From: an uncultured delta proteobacterium
GTDB lineage: Bacteria; Myxococcota_A; Polyangia; Polyangiales; Polyangiaceae
Direction: 5' to 3'
DNA: 64,000 nucleotides
Assembly (NCBI GenBank): GCA_963696385.1
Contig: CAVOKF010000004.1
Location: forward strand, 384,001-448,000
The notes under the pieces were generated by a model, which was not told the DNA's origin, ran no database searches, and saw only the letters and a list, made by a program, of their open reading frames with translations. Position numbers and translations under genes: made by a program. Every line of letters starts with the position of its first letter. Position 1 is the first letter of the stretch. Positions 1 to 10,014 of this stretch are shown piece by piece.

Positions 1-194
1 TATGGCTCGGCAAGATCTCGAACGGCACCGACCGCTGGGCGAAGCGGGCCGAGGACGACGCCGTGTTCCAGATCACCAGCTACGCGGCCGATTGGTTGAC
101 GGCCGATAGCTCCAAGTACCAGTCTCCGCTGGACGGGGGCGCCGCCGGCGGCGGCGGACCCAAGAAGACCAAGAGCGACGCGGGCAAGAAGTAG
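1..194 (+). CDS. 3' end of a gene truncated by the window edge (possibly DUF4340-like)
   Basis: Frame 3 is open from position 3 (WLGKISNGTDRWAKRAEDDAVFQITSYAADWL...GKK) to TAG at 192-194, with GC3-rich codons. Confidence 0.6.
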   Translation, partial: WLGKISNGTDRWAKRAEDDAVFQITSYAADWLTADSSKYQSPLDGGAAGGGGPKKTKSDAGKK

Positions 195-274
195 CCTGGG
201 CTCCGCGCGCGTAAACGGCCCTTCCCTTTTGCAGATGCGGGCGAGACGCGAGGGGGCCGTTTCCGCTGCCCGGG
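195..274 (+). terminator. long imperfect stem-loop between convergent genes (terminator- or REP-like)
   Basis: AAACGGCCCTT (213-223) pairs with GGGGGCCGTTT (252-262); outer CCTGGGC/GCCCGGG; G-U pairs favour the + strand. Confidence 0.35.
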
Positions 275-306
275 GCGGGAGCCTCGTCCCACCCACCGCC
301 GCCGCG

Positions 307-1410
307 CTACCCCGACCGGAAAGCCGAACGCACGCCGCGGCGGCCACGCCGCCGGACCGAGGCCTCACAACGGACGGCCGCGCACGTGCGAAGCCGCCAC
401 TGGGCTCGCCCGGCACGCCTGTCCTGAGAGCCTGACCGCGCTCGGACCGCCGGAGAGATCCGGCGGGCCTGGCCGAACCGATCAGTGTGCTTTTCGAAAA
501 TATCCATCACGTCGCCGAGCAGCTTGAGCGCCTCGGCGCGGGGTCGCTGGAACGCGTTTCGTCCCATGATGCTGCCGAAGCCTCCGCCCGCGGCGATGCC
601 CCGCACGTCCTCGAGCAGCTCCTCGGTCCCTTTCGTTTCGCCGCCCGAGAAGATGACGACACGCTTGCCGTTGAAAGAGCTCTGCACGACGTGGCGGACA
701 CGATCGGCCATCGTCTTTGTCGGAATCGCGTACTTTTCGAACACCTTCTTGGCCTCGGCCTGCTCGATGAAGTCCTTCGGCGGCTTGACCTTCACGATGT
801 GCGCGCCCAGCTCGCAAGAAATGTGGGCGGAGTAGGCGACGACGTCCACGGCCTGCTCGCCCTCTTTCGAGAGCCCCGACCCGCGCGGGTAAGCCCAGAC
901 GATCGTGGGAAGCCCCACCTCTTTCGCTTCACGGATGAGCTCCCGAAGCGCCTCGTACATCGGGTTTCGCGCGGCGGATCCTGGGTAAATCGTGTACCCG
1001 ATGGCAACGCAGCCGAGCTTCACCGCGTCCTTGACGCTCGCGGTCACGGCGCTGATCGGCTGGTCAATTTTCGCCAGCGAGTCGGAGTTGTTCAGTTTGA
1101 GTATCAGGGGAACCTGCCCTGCGAACCGATCGGCCGACGCTTCCAGGAACCCGAGCGGGGCGGCATACGCGTTGCATCCCGAGTCGATCGCGAGCTGCAC
1201 GTGGTAGTCGGGGTCGTAGGCCGGTACGTTGGGCGCGAAGGACCGAGCTGGGCCGTGCTCGAACCCTTGGTCGACGGGCAGAATCACGAACTTGCCGGTG
1301 CCTGCCAACGCACCATGGTTCATCAAGCGAGCGAGGTTGGTCTTCACCCCGACGTTGTCACTCGAGTACCACGATAAAATGTGTCTCACACGATCGGTGG
1401 CGACGGCCAT
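307..1410 (-). CDS. fbaB: class I fructose-bisphosphate aldolase (DhnA/FbaB family); the last ~60 aa may be read-through of a lost stop near 482
   Basis: Motifs ILPVDQGFEHGP, GYTIYPGS, WAYPRG, AHIVKVK (Schiff-base Lys), FSGG, GSIMGRN; SD GAGGAG. Confidence 0.92.
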   Translation of the reverse strand: MAVATDRVRHILSWYSSDNVGVKTNLARLMNHGALAGTGKFVILPVDQGFEHGPARSFAPNVPAYDPDYHVQLAIDSGCNAYAAPLGFLEASADRFAGQVPLILKLNNSDSLAKIDQPISAVTASVKDAVKLGCVAIGYTIYPGSAARNPMYEALRELIREAKEVGLPTIVWAYPRGSGLSKEGEQAVDVVAYSAHISCELGAHIVKVKPPKDFIEQAEAKKVFEKYAIPTKTMADRVRHVVQSSFNGKRVVIFSGGETKGTEELLEDVRGIAAGGGFGSIMGRNAFQRPRAEALKLLGDVMDIFEKHTDRFGQARRISPAVRARSGSQDRRAGRAQWRLRTCAAVRCEASVRRRGRRGVRSAFRSG

Positions 1411-1532
1411 GACTAGCGCTCCTCGGCTCCTCTGGAAGCCGCGCGCAGACTAGCCCCGTCCTCCGCGCATTGGCAAGGGACCGCGTCGTGGGCCCGCCGG
1501 CTTTTTTGCTCCCGTGGGCTCGCGCGATCGTC

Positions 1533-2210
1533 TCAGACGCCCGTCGCGTCCTCCCCCCAAATGTACTTGTGCATTTGAAGCTGGACGCGCACAGGGACCG
1601 CATCCTCGAGCACCCAGCGGACCAATTCTTTCGGCGGAAGTCGCCCGAAGACACCGCTCGCGAGCAAGTTCGGCGTTCGGTCGAGCAGGCGCCGTTCGCG
1701 AATCGTCGTGCGCATCCATTCGTAGTCGACGCGATCCGCCAAGACGAACTTGAGCTCGTCGCGGGGACCCACGTGATCGAGGTTGCTCCAGCGATTTCTG
1801 TGCGACTCGCCGCTGCCCGGGCACTTCAGGTCCATGACCTTGTGCACCCGGGCGTCGACCGGTGAAAGGTCGGCCTCTCCGCTCGTCTCGAGCAGCACGG
1901 TCCTCTTCAAGTCGCAGAGCTCGGAGAGGAGCGGCACGACGCCCGGCTGCAGGAGCGGTTCGCCGCCGGTGATCTCCACGAGCGGCGTTTCGTGCGCCAT
2001 GACGGCCTGCACGACGTCTTCACGGCGCATCCGCGTTCCGCGGTAGAACGCCTGGGGCGTATCGCACCAGACGCACCGCAAGTTGCATCCCGTCGTTCGC
2101 ACGAACGTGCAGGGAATGCCGGCAAACGTCGACTCGCCCTGAATGCTCGCGTAAATCTCATGGACGACGAGAGTGTCCGCCTTGCCCACGGGCCTGCAGG
2201 TGTACTGCAC
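1533..2210 (-). CDS. queE: 7-carboxy-7-deazaguanine synthase (radical SAM)
   Basis: EIYASIQGE, CNLRCVWCDT (CxxxCxxC), ITGGEPL, ETSG, QMHKYIW; SD AAGGAG. Confidence 0.92.
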   Translation of the reverse strand: MQYTCRPVGKADTLVVHEIYASIQGESTFAGIPCTFVRTTGCNLRCVWCDTPQAFYRGTRMRREDVVQAVMAHETPLVEITGGEPLLQPGVVPLLSELCDLKRTVLLETSGEADLSPVDARVHKVMDLKCPGSGESHRNRWSNLDHVGPRDELKFVLADRVDYEWMRTTIRERRLLDRTPNLLASGVFGRLPPKELVRWVLEDAVPVRVQLQMHKYIWGEDATGV

Positions 2211-2234
2211 CCCGCTCCTTCTGTCGCGACGCTC

Positions 2235-2483
2235 TCAGCCGCCGTCATCGGCCACGATCTCGGGAACCGGCATTTCGCCTGCGTCGGCATCGTAGGTGGG
2301 CGCGGTCCGAGGCCCTCGTAGGGGGGGTAGCTCGTGCGTACAATGTCGCGTGAGCGCCCACGCGGCGCCCGCAATGGCCATGGCTCCGAGCCAGAACGTG
2401 CGGATCAGCAGTACGGGGGCTGCGCGCGGCAGAAGCGGGGTAGGCCGGCCCCGAGATCGGGCGGGTCTCTTCGCGAAGGGCAC
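2235..2483 (-). CDS. small single-TM hypothetical protein
   Basis: 82-aa ORF with a hydrophobic segment and acidic tail; fills the gap directly upstream of queE. Confidence 0.5.
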   Translation of the reverse strand: MPFAKRPARSRGRPTPLLPRAAPVLLIRTFWLGAMAIAGAAWALTRHCTHELPPLRGPRTAPTYDADAGEMPVPEIVADDGG

Positions 2484-2568
2484 CGGCCCAATCGATAGGT
2501 CCTCGCCATCTGCGCTTCAATCCGCCTGGTGTACGCGGTTGCCGTCCCGCAGAGGATAAGCTCGGGGC

Positions 2569-3394
2569 GTGACCGCCCCGCCGCACGGACCGCCGTGGAG
2601 TCTGCCGATCCCGCAGGCGCCGCTGGCGTTCGTGGATCTCGAGATGACGGGACTCGACGTGGATCACGATCGCGTCGTCGAAGTGTGCGTCGAGCGCTTC
2701 GTTGGCGCTGCTTGCGTCGCGTCCGTCAGCTCGGTCGTCGCATCCCGGGGTTCGCATCGGCGGCGCGGCGGAGGTCCACGGCATCGGTCCCGCCGAAGTC
2801 GCGGGAGCGCCGACGTTTGCAGCGATCGCCGGTTCCATCCTGGCGGTTCTCGACGGCGCGATCCTGGTCGCGCATGCGGCGTCGTGGGATGTGAAGTTTC
2901 TGCGCGCCGAGTTTGCTCGTGCCGGCGAGCCGGTCGAGATCGACTCCTGGCTCGATACGTTGATCCTGGCTCGGCGCGCTTTCGCCTTCCGGTCGTATTC
3001 GCTCGATGCGCTGTGCCGAGAGCTTGGCATCCAACGGGGCCGAGCCCATCGGGCCGAAAGCGACGTGCGCGCTCTTCGGGACCTGTTCGGGCGCTGCGTC
3101 GCCGTCCTCCAGCCGGTGAGCGCGCGCGATCTGTGGGAAGTGCGCATCGGCGACCGACGTGCGCGGCAAGCCATCGTCGACGCGTGCGAGGCGGCCGCCA
3201 AGCACAGAGCCCCGGTCGTGTTGACGTATCGCGCGGCGCGCCGGGCGGCCGAATCGATGTCGATGGTGGTCGTCGAGGTCCGATCGGACCTCGACCCGCC
3301 GCAGGTTGTGGGGTATCAGCTCCCGGGGCGCGGCAGGCGGCAGCTTCGGGCCGACCGCATCCTCCACGTCGAGCCCGCCCCCGCCCTTCCCTGA
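2569..3394 (+). CDS. DEDDh 3'-5' exonuclease (DnaQ-like) with C-terminal WYL-like domain; +1 frameshift near 2739
   Basis: ExoI FVDLEMTG in ORF 2569; ExoII HAASWD and ExoIII HRAESD in ORF 2702..3394; C-terminal LTY...VGYQLPGRGRRQLRADRILHVE. Confidence 0.8.
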
Positions 3395-3406
3395 GATTGA
3401 TCCTCG

Positions 3407-4768
3407 ATGCGCTCTCGCAGCTTGCCCGTACTCGTTGCTCTCTACACAGCTCTCATCGCGTGCGGGCCTTCGCTCGGGTCCGGGGGCGGCGCGCGATCTG
3501 GGCCGGCGGCCCAGTGGCTCGATCGCGCCAAGGCCAGTTATCGCGCGGCGGATTTCGACGATGCTCGCGAATCCGTGGGTCGAGCGCTGGCCGCGGCGCC
3601 GAACGATGCGGAGGCCCGAATTCTGGCTGCGCGCATCGCGCTCGTGCGTCTCGACTACGCCGAGACGCTCCGGCTGACCGAAGGACTCGATGCGAGCGAC
3701 GCGCACGCGGCGAGAGGTCGCGCCTACTGGTATTCGGGGGACGTGGAGCACGCCGCCGACGAACTCGAGGCGCTGCTCGCCGATCCGGCAGTCAAAGATC
3801 CCTGGGCTCGCGACGTCGCCGCGCTCGCGCGGCGCGGAGTGGGCCGGCACCCTTTCGAGATGTCGGGGGGGCTGGTCGGCCCCGTGGACATGCCAAAAAT
3901 GCTCGACCGCGTGCCTCTCGGCGCGGCCGACGTGGTTCCGTGTGAATTGGACGGCGAGAGAATCCTCGCGCTGGTCGCGACCGGATCGAGCGAGGTGCTG
4001 CTCGACTCCAACTCGCGCAGGGAGCCGGCGTGGGTCGACCTGAGGTTCGACCGGCTCGAAGTGAAGGACGTTCCCGCGCTCGTCCAGGATCTGACCCCCA
4101 TTTCGCGTCAGATCGGAGTGCCCATCAAGGCGTTGTTGGGGGCGCAGCTGTTGCGGCACGCGCATGCGACTTTCGATCGGCGGGGCGACCAGTTCATCGC
4201 ACGGCGCCAAGATGCCACGCCGCCCCCCGATGCCAGCCGGGTGCCCCTTTACTACCTGCGCGGCGGCGGCATGGTCCTGCGAGCGACCGTCACGGCACGC
4301 GACCAGGATCCCATCGCTCTGTTCGTCGACAGCTCTCGGCCGTTTCCGCTCCTGCTGCAGGACGCAGCTTGGAAGCTGGCGGGGGTCGACCTCACCTCGC
4401 TCGCTTCGTTGCCCGATTCTCCCAACGTCAAGCACGGCACGGTGCCGGTGTTTCGGGTCGGCGGATTCGATCTCGCACGAATGCCGGCTATCGAGGGCTT
4501 GGACATGGGGGAACTGGCGACAGGCCTCGACGTCACGCTCGGGGGGGTCGTGGGTGCGGATCTCCTCGCGTTCTTCCGTGTCACGTTCGCCGACGACGGT
4601 CGATTCATTTGGATTGAGCCCGACCCCATGCTTCTCGGCCCGACGTCGTCCGCCGCAGGCGCGGCCCCCGCGCCGGCGACGAACCCGGCCGCGGGCTCGC
4701 CAACGCCCGCGACTCCGGCGTCCTCCGCGCCCCCCGGGCCTGCGGCTCCGGGCCCCAAGCCGCGATGA
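3407..4768 (+). CDS. lipoprotein with TPR region and two retropepsin-like (aspartyl protease fold) domains
   Basis: Lipobox LIAC; TPR-like helices; ALVATGS...ALLGAQLL and LFVDSS...GVVGADLL; Pro/Ala tail. Confidence 0.65.
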   Translation: MRSRSLPVLVALYTALIACGPSLGSGGGARSGPAAQWLDRAKASYRAADFDDARESVGRALAAAPNDAEARILAARIALVRLDYAETLRLTEGLDASDAHAARGRAYWYSGDVEHAADELEALLADPAVKDPWARDVAALARRGVGRHPFEMSGGLVGPVDMPKMLDRVPLGAADVVPCELDGERILALVATGSSEVLLDSNSRREPAWVDLRFDRLEVKDVPALVQDLTPISRQIGVPIKALLGAQLLRHAHATFDRRGDQFIARRQDATPPPDASRVPLYYLRGGGMVLRATVTARDQDPIALFVDSSRPFPLLLQDAAWKLAGVDLTSLASLPDSPNVKHGTVPVFRVGGFDLARMPAIEGLDMGELATGLDVTLGGVVGADLLAFFRVTFADDGRFIWIEPDPMLLGPTSSAAGAAPAPATNPAAGSPTPATPASSAPPGPAAPGPKPR

Positions 4769-5268
4769 GCGGTGTCGCGATCGCCCGCCTCGCCGTGTAC
4801 GCCGGCAGCTTTGACCCGCCTACACTGGGGCACCTCGATCTTATCGAACGGGCCTCCGCGCTCTTCAGCGACGTCATCGTCGGGATCGGCCGCCATCCCG
4901 CGCGGAGCCCACTGTTCTCCGTGGAAGAACGAATCCGGCTCGTGTCGCTCGTATCGTCTCACCTCGCCAACGTGACTGTGGACGCATTCCACGGACTGCT
5001 CATCGACTTCTGCAAGCAGAAGCAGGCTCGGGTCATCGTGCGTGGGTTGCGCGCGGCGACCGACTTCGAATACGAGCTTCAAATCGCCCATGCAAACGCG
5101 GATCTCGATCCGGAGGTCGATACCGTATTTCTGCCGACACGCACCAAGAACGGCTTCATCAGCGCTTCGCTCGTTCGCGAAATCGCGAGCCATGGCGGTG
5201 ACGTCAGCCGTTATGCCCCCGCGGTCGTCTGCGAGGCACTGACGCGCAAGTTTGCCGATTCGAGGTGA
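4765..5268 (+). CDS. coaD: phosphopantetheine adenylyltransferase
   Basis: YAGSFDPPTLGH, IVRGLRAATDFEYE, ISASLVRE; ATGA overlap with the upstream gene. Confidence 0.97.
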   Translation: MSGVAIARLAVYAGSFDPPTLGHLDLIERASALFSDVIVGIGRHPARSPLFSVEERIRLVSLVSSHLANVTVDAFHGLLIDFCKQKQARVIVRGLRAATDFEYELQIAHANADLDPEVDTVFLPTRTKNGFISASLVREIASHGGDVSRYAPAVVCEALTRKFADSR

Positions 5269-6131
5269 TCCCCGTGTCTCCCATTTCTCAGGCGCCTGCC
5301 TCCTCCATCGCGGCTCGACTGGAAGACTGCGTGTTTGCCGTCCGCAAACGGGTCGGCATCTCCCCGAGGGTCGGCCTGGTGCTGGGTAGCGGTCTCGGCG
5401 CTTTCGCAGAGACGCTCGAAGGCTTGGTGAAATTCCCGTACCGCGATTTGCCCCATATGGCCGAGTCCTCAGTGGCCGGGCACGACGGCAACCTGTGCTT
5501 CGGCACCGTCGCCGGCGTTGCCGTGGTGTGCATGCAGGGGCGTGTGCACCTGTACGAAGGCCATGCGGTCGACCGTGTGGTTCAGGGGGTGCGGACGATG
5601 GCACGGCTCGGGGTTGGTTGCGTTCTCGTGACGAACGCCGCGGGCGGGCTTCACGAGTCCTGGTCCGCCGGGGATCTCATGGTCGTGACCGACCACCTGA
5701 ACTTGACCGGGACCTCGCCGCTCATCGGCCCCAACGACGACTCGATCGGACCTCGCTTTTCGGACATGACGAATGCCTACGATCCCGAGATCCGGCGGAA
5801 GTTGGTGGAGGTGGCGCGGGAAGCGAACCTACCGCTGCACCAAGGCGTCTACGCAGGCCTGCTCGGACCGCAATACGAGACGCCGGCGGAGGTGCGCATG
5901 CTGCGTGGGCTCGGGGCGGACGCCGTGGGCATGAGCACGGTTCTCGAAGTGATCGCCCTGCGCCACATGGGCGTGCGCGTCGGGGCGCTCTCGTGCATCA
6001 CCAACCTAGCCGCGGGAATTTCGGATCGACCCATCGCGCACGCCGAGGTGGAGGCGACGGCGCGGCGGCGAAGGCCCGAGATCGTCACGCTGATCTCGGG
6101 TTGGATCGCGCGGGTCGCACAAACGCCTTGA
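5265..6131 (+). CDS. punA: purine nucleoside phosphorylase (trimeric type)
   Basis: VLGSGLG, GRVHLYEG, TNAAGG, GPQYETPAE, VGMSTVLE. Confidence 0.93.
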   Translation: MIPVSPISQAPASSIAARLEDCVFAVRKRVGISPRVGLVLGSGLGAFAETLEGLVKFPYRDLPHMAESSVAGHDGNLCFGTVAGVAVVCMQGRVHLYEGHAVDRVVQGVRTMARLGVGCVLVTNAAGGLHESWSAGDLMVVTDHLNLTGTSPLIGPNDDSIGPRFSDMTNAYDPEIRRKLVEVAREANLPLHQGVYAGLLGPQYETPAEVRMLRGLGADAVGMSTVLEVIALRHMGVRVGALSCITNLAAGISDRPIAHAEVEATARRRRPEIVTLISGWIARVAQTP

Positions 6132-6541
6132 CGAAGACCTCCGACCTCGCCCTGCTTGTGCAGGCTGCCCGCACTGCGCGGATCCGCGCCTACGCGCCGT
6201 ATTCGAAGTATCGCGTCGGAGCGGCGGTCCTCACGGCCGACCGTCGCATTTTCAGCGGCTGCAACGTCGAGAACGCGACCTACGGTGCGACACTGTGCGC
6301 CGAGCGGTCCGCGATCGCCGCCATGATCGCTGCGGGCGAAAACCGGCCGATCGCGTGCGCGGTCGTCACACGAGGCCCTATACCCGGCGCACCGTGCGGC
6401 ATCTGCCGGCAAGTGCTCGCCGAGTTCGCGCGCGACATGCCGATCCTACTGGTCGCCGAAGACGATCGCGGGGTCGTCACGAAACGCCGGCGGCTGCGCC
6501 TGCAGGCACTGCTGCCGCACGCTTTTCGAATGGCCCGCTGA
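6128..6541 (+). CDS. cdd: cytidine deaminase
   Basis: TTG start overlapping the punA stop; AYAPYSKYRVGAA, GCNVENA, CAE, PCGICRQ. Confidence 0.93.
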   Translation: MTKTSDLALLVQAARTARIRAYAPYSKYRVGAAVLTADRRIFSGCNVENATYGATLCAERSAIAAMIAAGENRPIACAVVTRGPIPGAPCGICRQVLAEFARDMPILLVAEDDRGVVTKRRRLRLQALLPHAFRMAR

Positions 6542-6665
6542 CCTCGGGCGGGCGGGCCTCCAGACCGCTCCTGCCGAGGGATCGCGCCCCCAACGGTGGG
6601 CTCCGAGCCACCGCAGGATGGCGCCACGCAGCCGAGCAATGACCTGCAATCCATAGGTTACGGTT

Positions 6666-6681
6666 TGGCACGCCTTGTGCT
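6666..6681 (+). promoter_or_regulatory. sigma54 (RpoN) -24/-12 promoter
   Basis: TGGCACGCCTTGTGCT has exact GG-N10-GC spacing and a perfect TGGCACG half-site; it lies 24 nt before ATG 6706, with SD GAGGGAG in between. Confidence 0.75.
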
Positions 6682-6705
6682 GATTCACGCGGTGAGGGAG
6701 TTTGC

Positions 6706-9031
6706 ATGAAACGCCGATGCACAGCGCTGACCGTGTTCGCGCTCGCGGGTGCCATCGCCCTGACGAGCGGCTGCACCCAATCGACCGAGGCGAGCGCCGT
6801 GGGAGTGCAGGCCATCCTGTTTATCCAGCGCCAGACCCTCGTGACGACGACCAATCCCGACGGCACGACGACCCAGACGTTCGACGTCGACACCGGCAAC
6901 ACTCAGGTGCTCGACTACACCCGTTACGAGCCCGGAGGCAGCTTGAACCTGCTCTCGCCGGCCCGCTCGGACGGCACGAAGACCAACCTGACCTCGGCGT
7001 TCACGACTGCCGATTTCAACGGAGCCGACGTCTCGTTCGACGGCACGCAGGCCGTCTTCTCGATGAAGACCAGCCCGACCGACAACTACCACATTTATAC
7101 GGTTGATCTCTCGCCAGGGGCGGATGGCAAATTTGGAAATGCACCAAAAGACCAATGGTGCCTGGAACGACGTGAGTCCCATCTACGTGCCCGGCGGTCT
7201 CATCGCATTCGTGACCGACCAAATGTACACGGCGATGGGAACCCGCCACGACGAGTACGAGCATGCGCGCGGTTCGCTGCAGCTGGCGACCATCAGCGTC
7301 GATGGCGGAGACGCGGATCGTCACCTGTTCACGCAAAATCTGTCCCACTCGGTCGCACCGTTTCTTCGCTACGACGGGAAAATTGGCTTTTCGCAGTGGG
7401 AGCATTTCGGCCCGGTCAACGACGTCAAGCTTCGCGCCGTCAACCCCGACGGTACGCAGGAGGTCGCCGTAGGCGGCCAGCACGACAACGGCGGCAACGA
7501 GACGAAGCCCTGCAACGCCCTGTTTACAGCACGAGAGCTTTCGCCCAACGTCATGATCGGCATCGGCACGGCACGCGACCGGACCATTCACGCCGGAGCG
7601 CTCGTTCAGATCGACTCGCGAAACCAGACCGATCCGGTATGCCTCGATGCCAACGCGTACACCAACGGCGGCACCGTCGGGCACGCGTGCCTCGACGAGG
7701 AGCACACGGCGTATTCGGTCTTGACCCCGGACGTGCCCCTTACCGCCGACCCTTCCGCGACCTCCGTGGGCCGGTACCGCGAGCCGAGCCTCTTGCCCGA
7801 TGGGCGCATCCTCGTTTCCTGGGCCGACGGCTCGGTCAACGATCAGAACGAGCTGTCGCTGACGCCGCCGGACTTCGGGATCTACCTGTTCGACCCGAGC
7901 ACCGGCAAGAACGAACTGGTCTACAACGAACGCACGACCTGGGAGCTCAATGCCCTCGCGGTCATGGCCCGCACCGAGCCGCCGGTCATTCCGAGCGCTC
8001 AGCATGTCCAAGACTCCACCATCGCGGCGCATTTCGGATCGGTCGATATTTCCCAGACGTCTCTCAACGAAACGGTGGACGGCGCGGAGTTCGCGAACGT
8101 TCCGCTCGGCCAGGCGCTGCACGAAGGTGCGGTCGCCGTGCGTGTCATCGAAGGCTTCTCGACGGAGTCTACGCCCGGCGTGTCGATGTTCGGATTGACG
8201 CTGTTCGAAGGTGCGGCCGTGCTCGGCGAGGCGCCGGTGTTCAACGACGGCAGCTGGCTCGCGGACGTGCCACCGTACTTGCCCATCCACCTGCAGCCCA
8301 TTGACGAGTACGGGCTCGCGATCCGCAATCAGCAGCTGTGGATCAAAGGCATGCCGGGCGAGACTCGCCGCTGCATTGGCTGTCACGAATCCCGCACGGA
8401 CCCGGGTGTGTTGGCACTCGGTCAGAACCCGACGGTCGCCGAGCAGCAAGGCGCTCAGCCGTTCACCGAAGCCATCGCGGACCGAACCGAGTTCCCATGG
8501 GACAAGAAGGTGCAGCCGATCCTCGACGCCAAATGCGTCAGCTGCCACAACTCGACCACGACCACGTATTACGATCTGACGCAAACCGACCCGGTGACCG
8601 GGCTATCGACGACCTATCAGATCCCGACCCTCGATCTGTCGAGCACACCCATCACGGTCTATTACGACGAGAGCGTGGCCACTTGGCCCGCGTCGTACGT
8701 GTCGATCTTCTATCCGGCGACGATTCAGATGGCGGGCGATTCCACCGGCCAGATCACGGCCGGCATTGTGCCGCCGATGTGGGGTGTGCCAGGAAGCGCG
8801 CGCGCATCCGTTCTCACGCAGACGCTCAACCTGCGCGCAGCCGACGGGACGACGGCCTGGCCGATTTCCACCCATCCACTGCACCCGGAAGACCAGGGGG
8901 TTCAGCTGACCGACGCCGAGCGAAAGACGATTGCGGTGTATCCGATGGACCTCGGCGGGCAATTCTACTCTCGTCAGAATACCAACTTCGTGCCGTTCAC
9001 GACCGGCGACCCGGTCACCCCGGCTCAGTGA
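6706..9031 (+). CDS. hydrazine synthase alpha-like lipoprotein (TolB-type propeller + HZS-alpha middle-like domain + 2 CxxCH); +1 frameshift near 7135
   Basis: Lipobox TSGC; propeller repeats (DVSFDG, PSLLPDGRIL); VRVIEG...LGEAPVFNDGSWLADVP..PIHLQPIDEYGLA..W..MPGETRRCIGCHE; second motif CVSCH. Confidence 0.75.
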
Positions 9032-9045
9032 TTACCGAGGACGCC

Positions 9046-9993
9046 ATGAGATTGCGAAAGATGAAATGGCTCAGGCTCGCCTTCGGTTGCGCCTCTGTCT
9101 GGGCCGCGACCTTTGCTTCGATCGATGCCCGGAGCGATTCGCCGCCGGTGCAAGTGACGCCGAACGCGGACGCGGGCGGCTTCGCCTCGGTGTACGGGCA
9201 GATTCCGCCGAGTCAGGTCGAGTTCTTGTCGACGCCGGAGTCGATCAAGAACGCGGCCGCCACAGGGGGCCCGTCGTTGGTGTGGGAGGTGCTCGAGCAC
9301 GGCGAACGAGTCGAATGCCTCGACTGCATCCCGTTCGTCGCACCGCTGATCTACGCCTCGGACCCGCGGGTGCGCGAGATTGCGGCGTGGTGGTTGCGCC
9401 GCCGCGTCTTGGGCGTCTTCGGGCCCGGACAAGTCTACCAGCAAACGATCCAAACTCTGCAGAGCGACCCGGATCCCCTTCGCCGTTCGTACGCCGCAAC
9501 CGCGTTGGGCGAGTTCTTCGCGCCTCCCGGAGTTGCGGCGTGCGCGGCCGCCCTGAGCGACAGCAGCGCGATCGTTCGGGCCGCCGCCGCCAGCGCACTC
9601 GGCCGGCTCAACAGCGACGGAAACGGCGCGCTCTCCACCGCTCTGTCCGATTCCGACTCAGGGGTCAAGCTGGCCGCGTTGTCGGCGGCGGAACGCATCA
9701 ATTCCTTCGTCGCCATCGCCAACGTCGCTGCTCTGACGACCGACCCGTCGGCCGACGTCCGTCGGCGCGCCATCGAAGTGCTCGACACGCTGGACGCCGC
9801 CGATACCGTCGTGGCCGTCACGGCTGCGGCGCAGAACGATTCCGATGCGACCGTGAGAGCCGAGGCGTGTCATGCGCTCGGCACCTTCGGCGACCAAGCC
9901 CCGAGCGTGCTTTCGGTCCTCCAGCAGCTCGAGACCCAGGACCCGGACACGTTCGTGCGCGACGAGGCTCAAATCGCGCTGCTGAGGCTCTGA
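9046..9993 (+). CDS. exported HEAT-repeat protein with CxxC motif
   Basis: SD GAGGA; signal peptide; HGERVECLDC; repeated D..VR..AA.ALG HEAT units. Confidence 0.8.
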   Translation: MRLRKMKWLRLAFGCASVWAATFASIDARSDSPPVQVTPNADAGGFASVYGQIPPSQVEFLSTPESIKNAAATGGPSLVWEVLEHGERVECLDCIPFVAPLIYASDPRVREIAAWWLRRRVLGVFGPGQVYQQTIQTLQSDPDPLRRSYAATALGEFFAPPGVAACAAALSDSSAIVRAAAASALGRLNSDGNGALSTALSDSDSGVKLAALSAAERINSFVAIANVAALTTDPSADVRRRAIEVLDTLDAADTVVAVTAAAQNDSDATVRAEACHALGTFGDQAPSVLSVLQQLETQDPDTFVRDEAQIALLRL

Positions 9994-10014
9994 CGGAGCG
10001 GCTACCATGATGCC

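Noticed and set aside
1533..2210. queE as part of a 7-deazaguanine DNA-modification island
   Set aside because: No dpdA/queC/queD/folE nearby; housekeeping context
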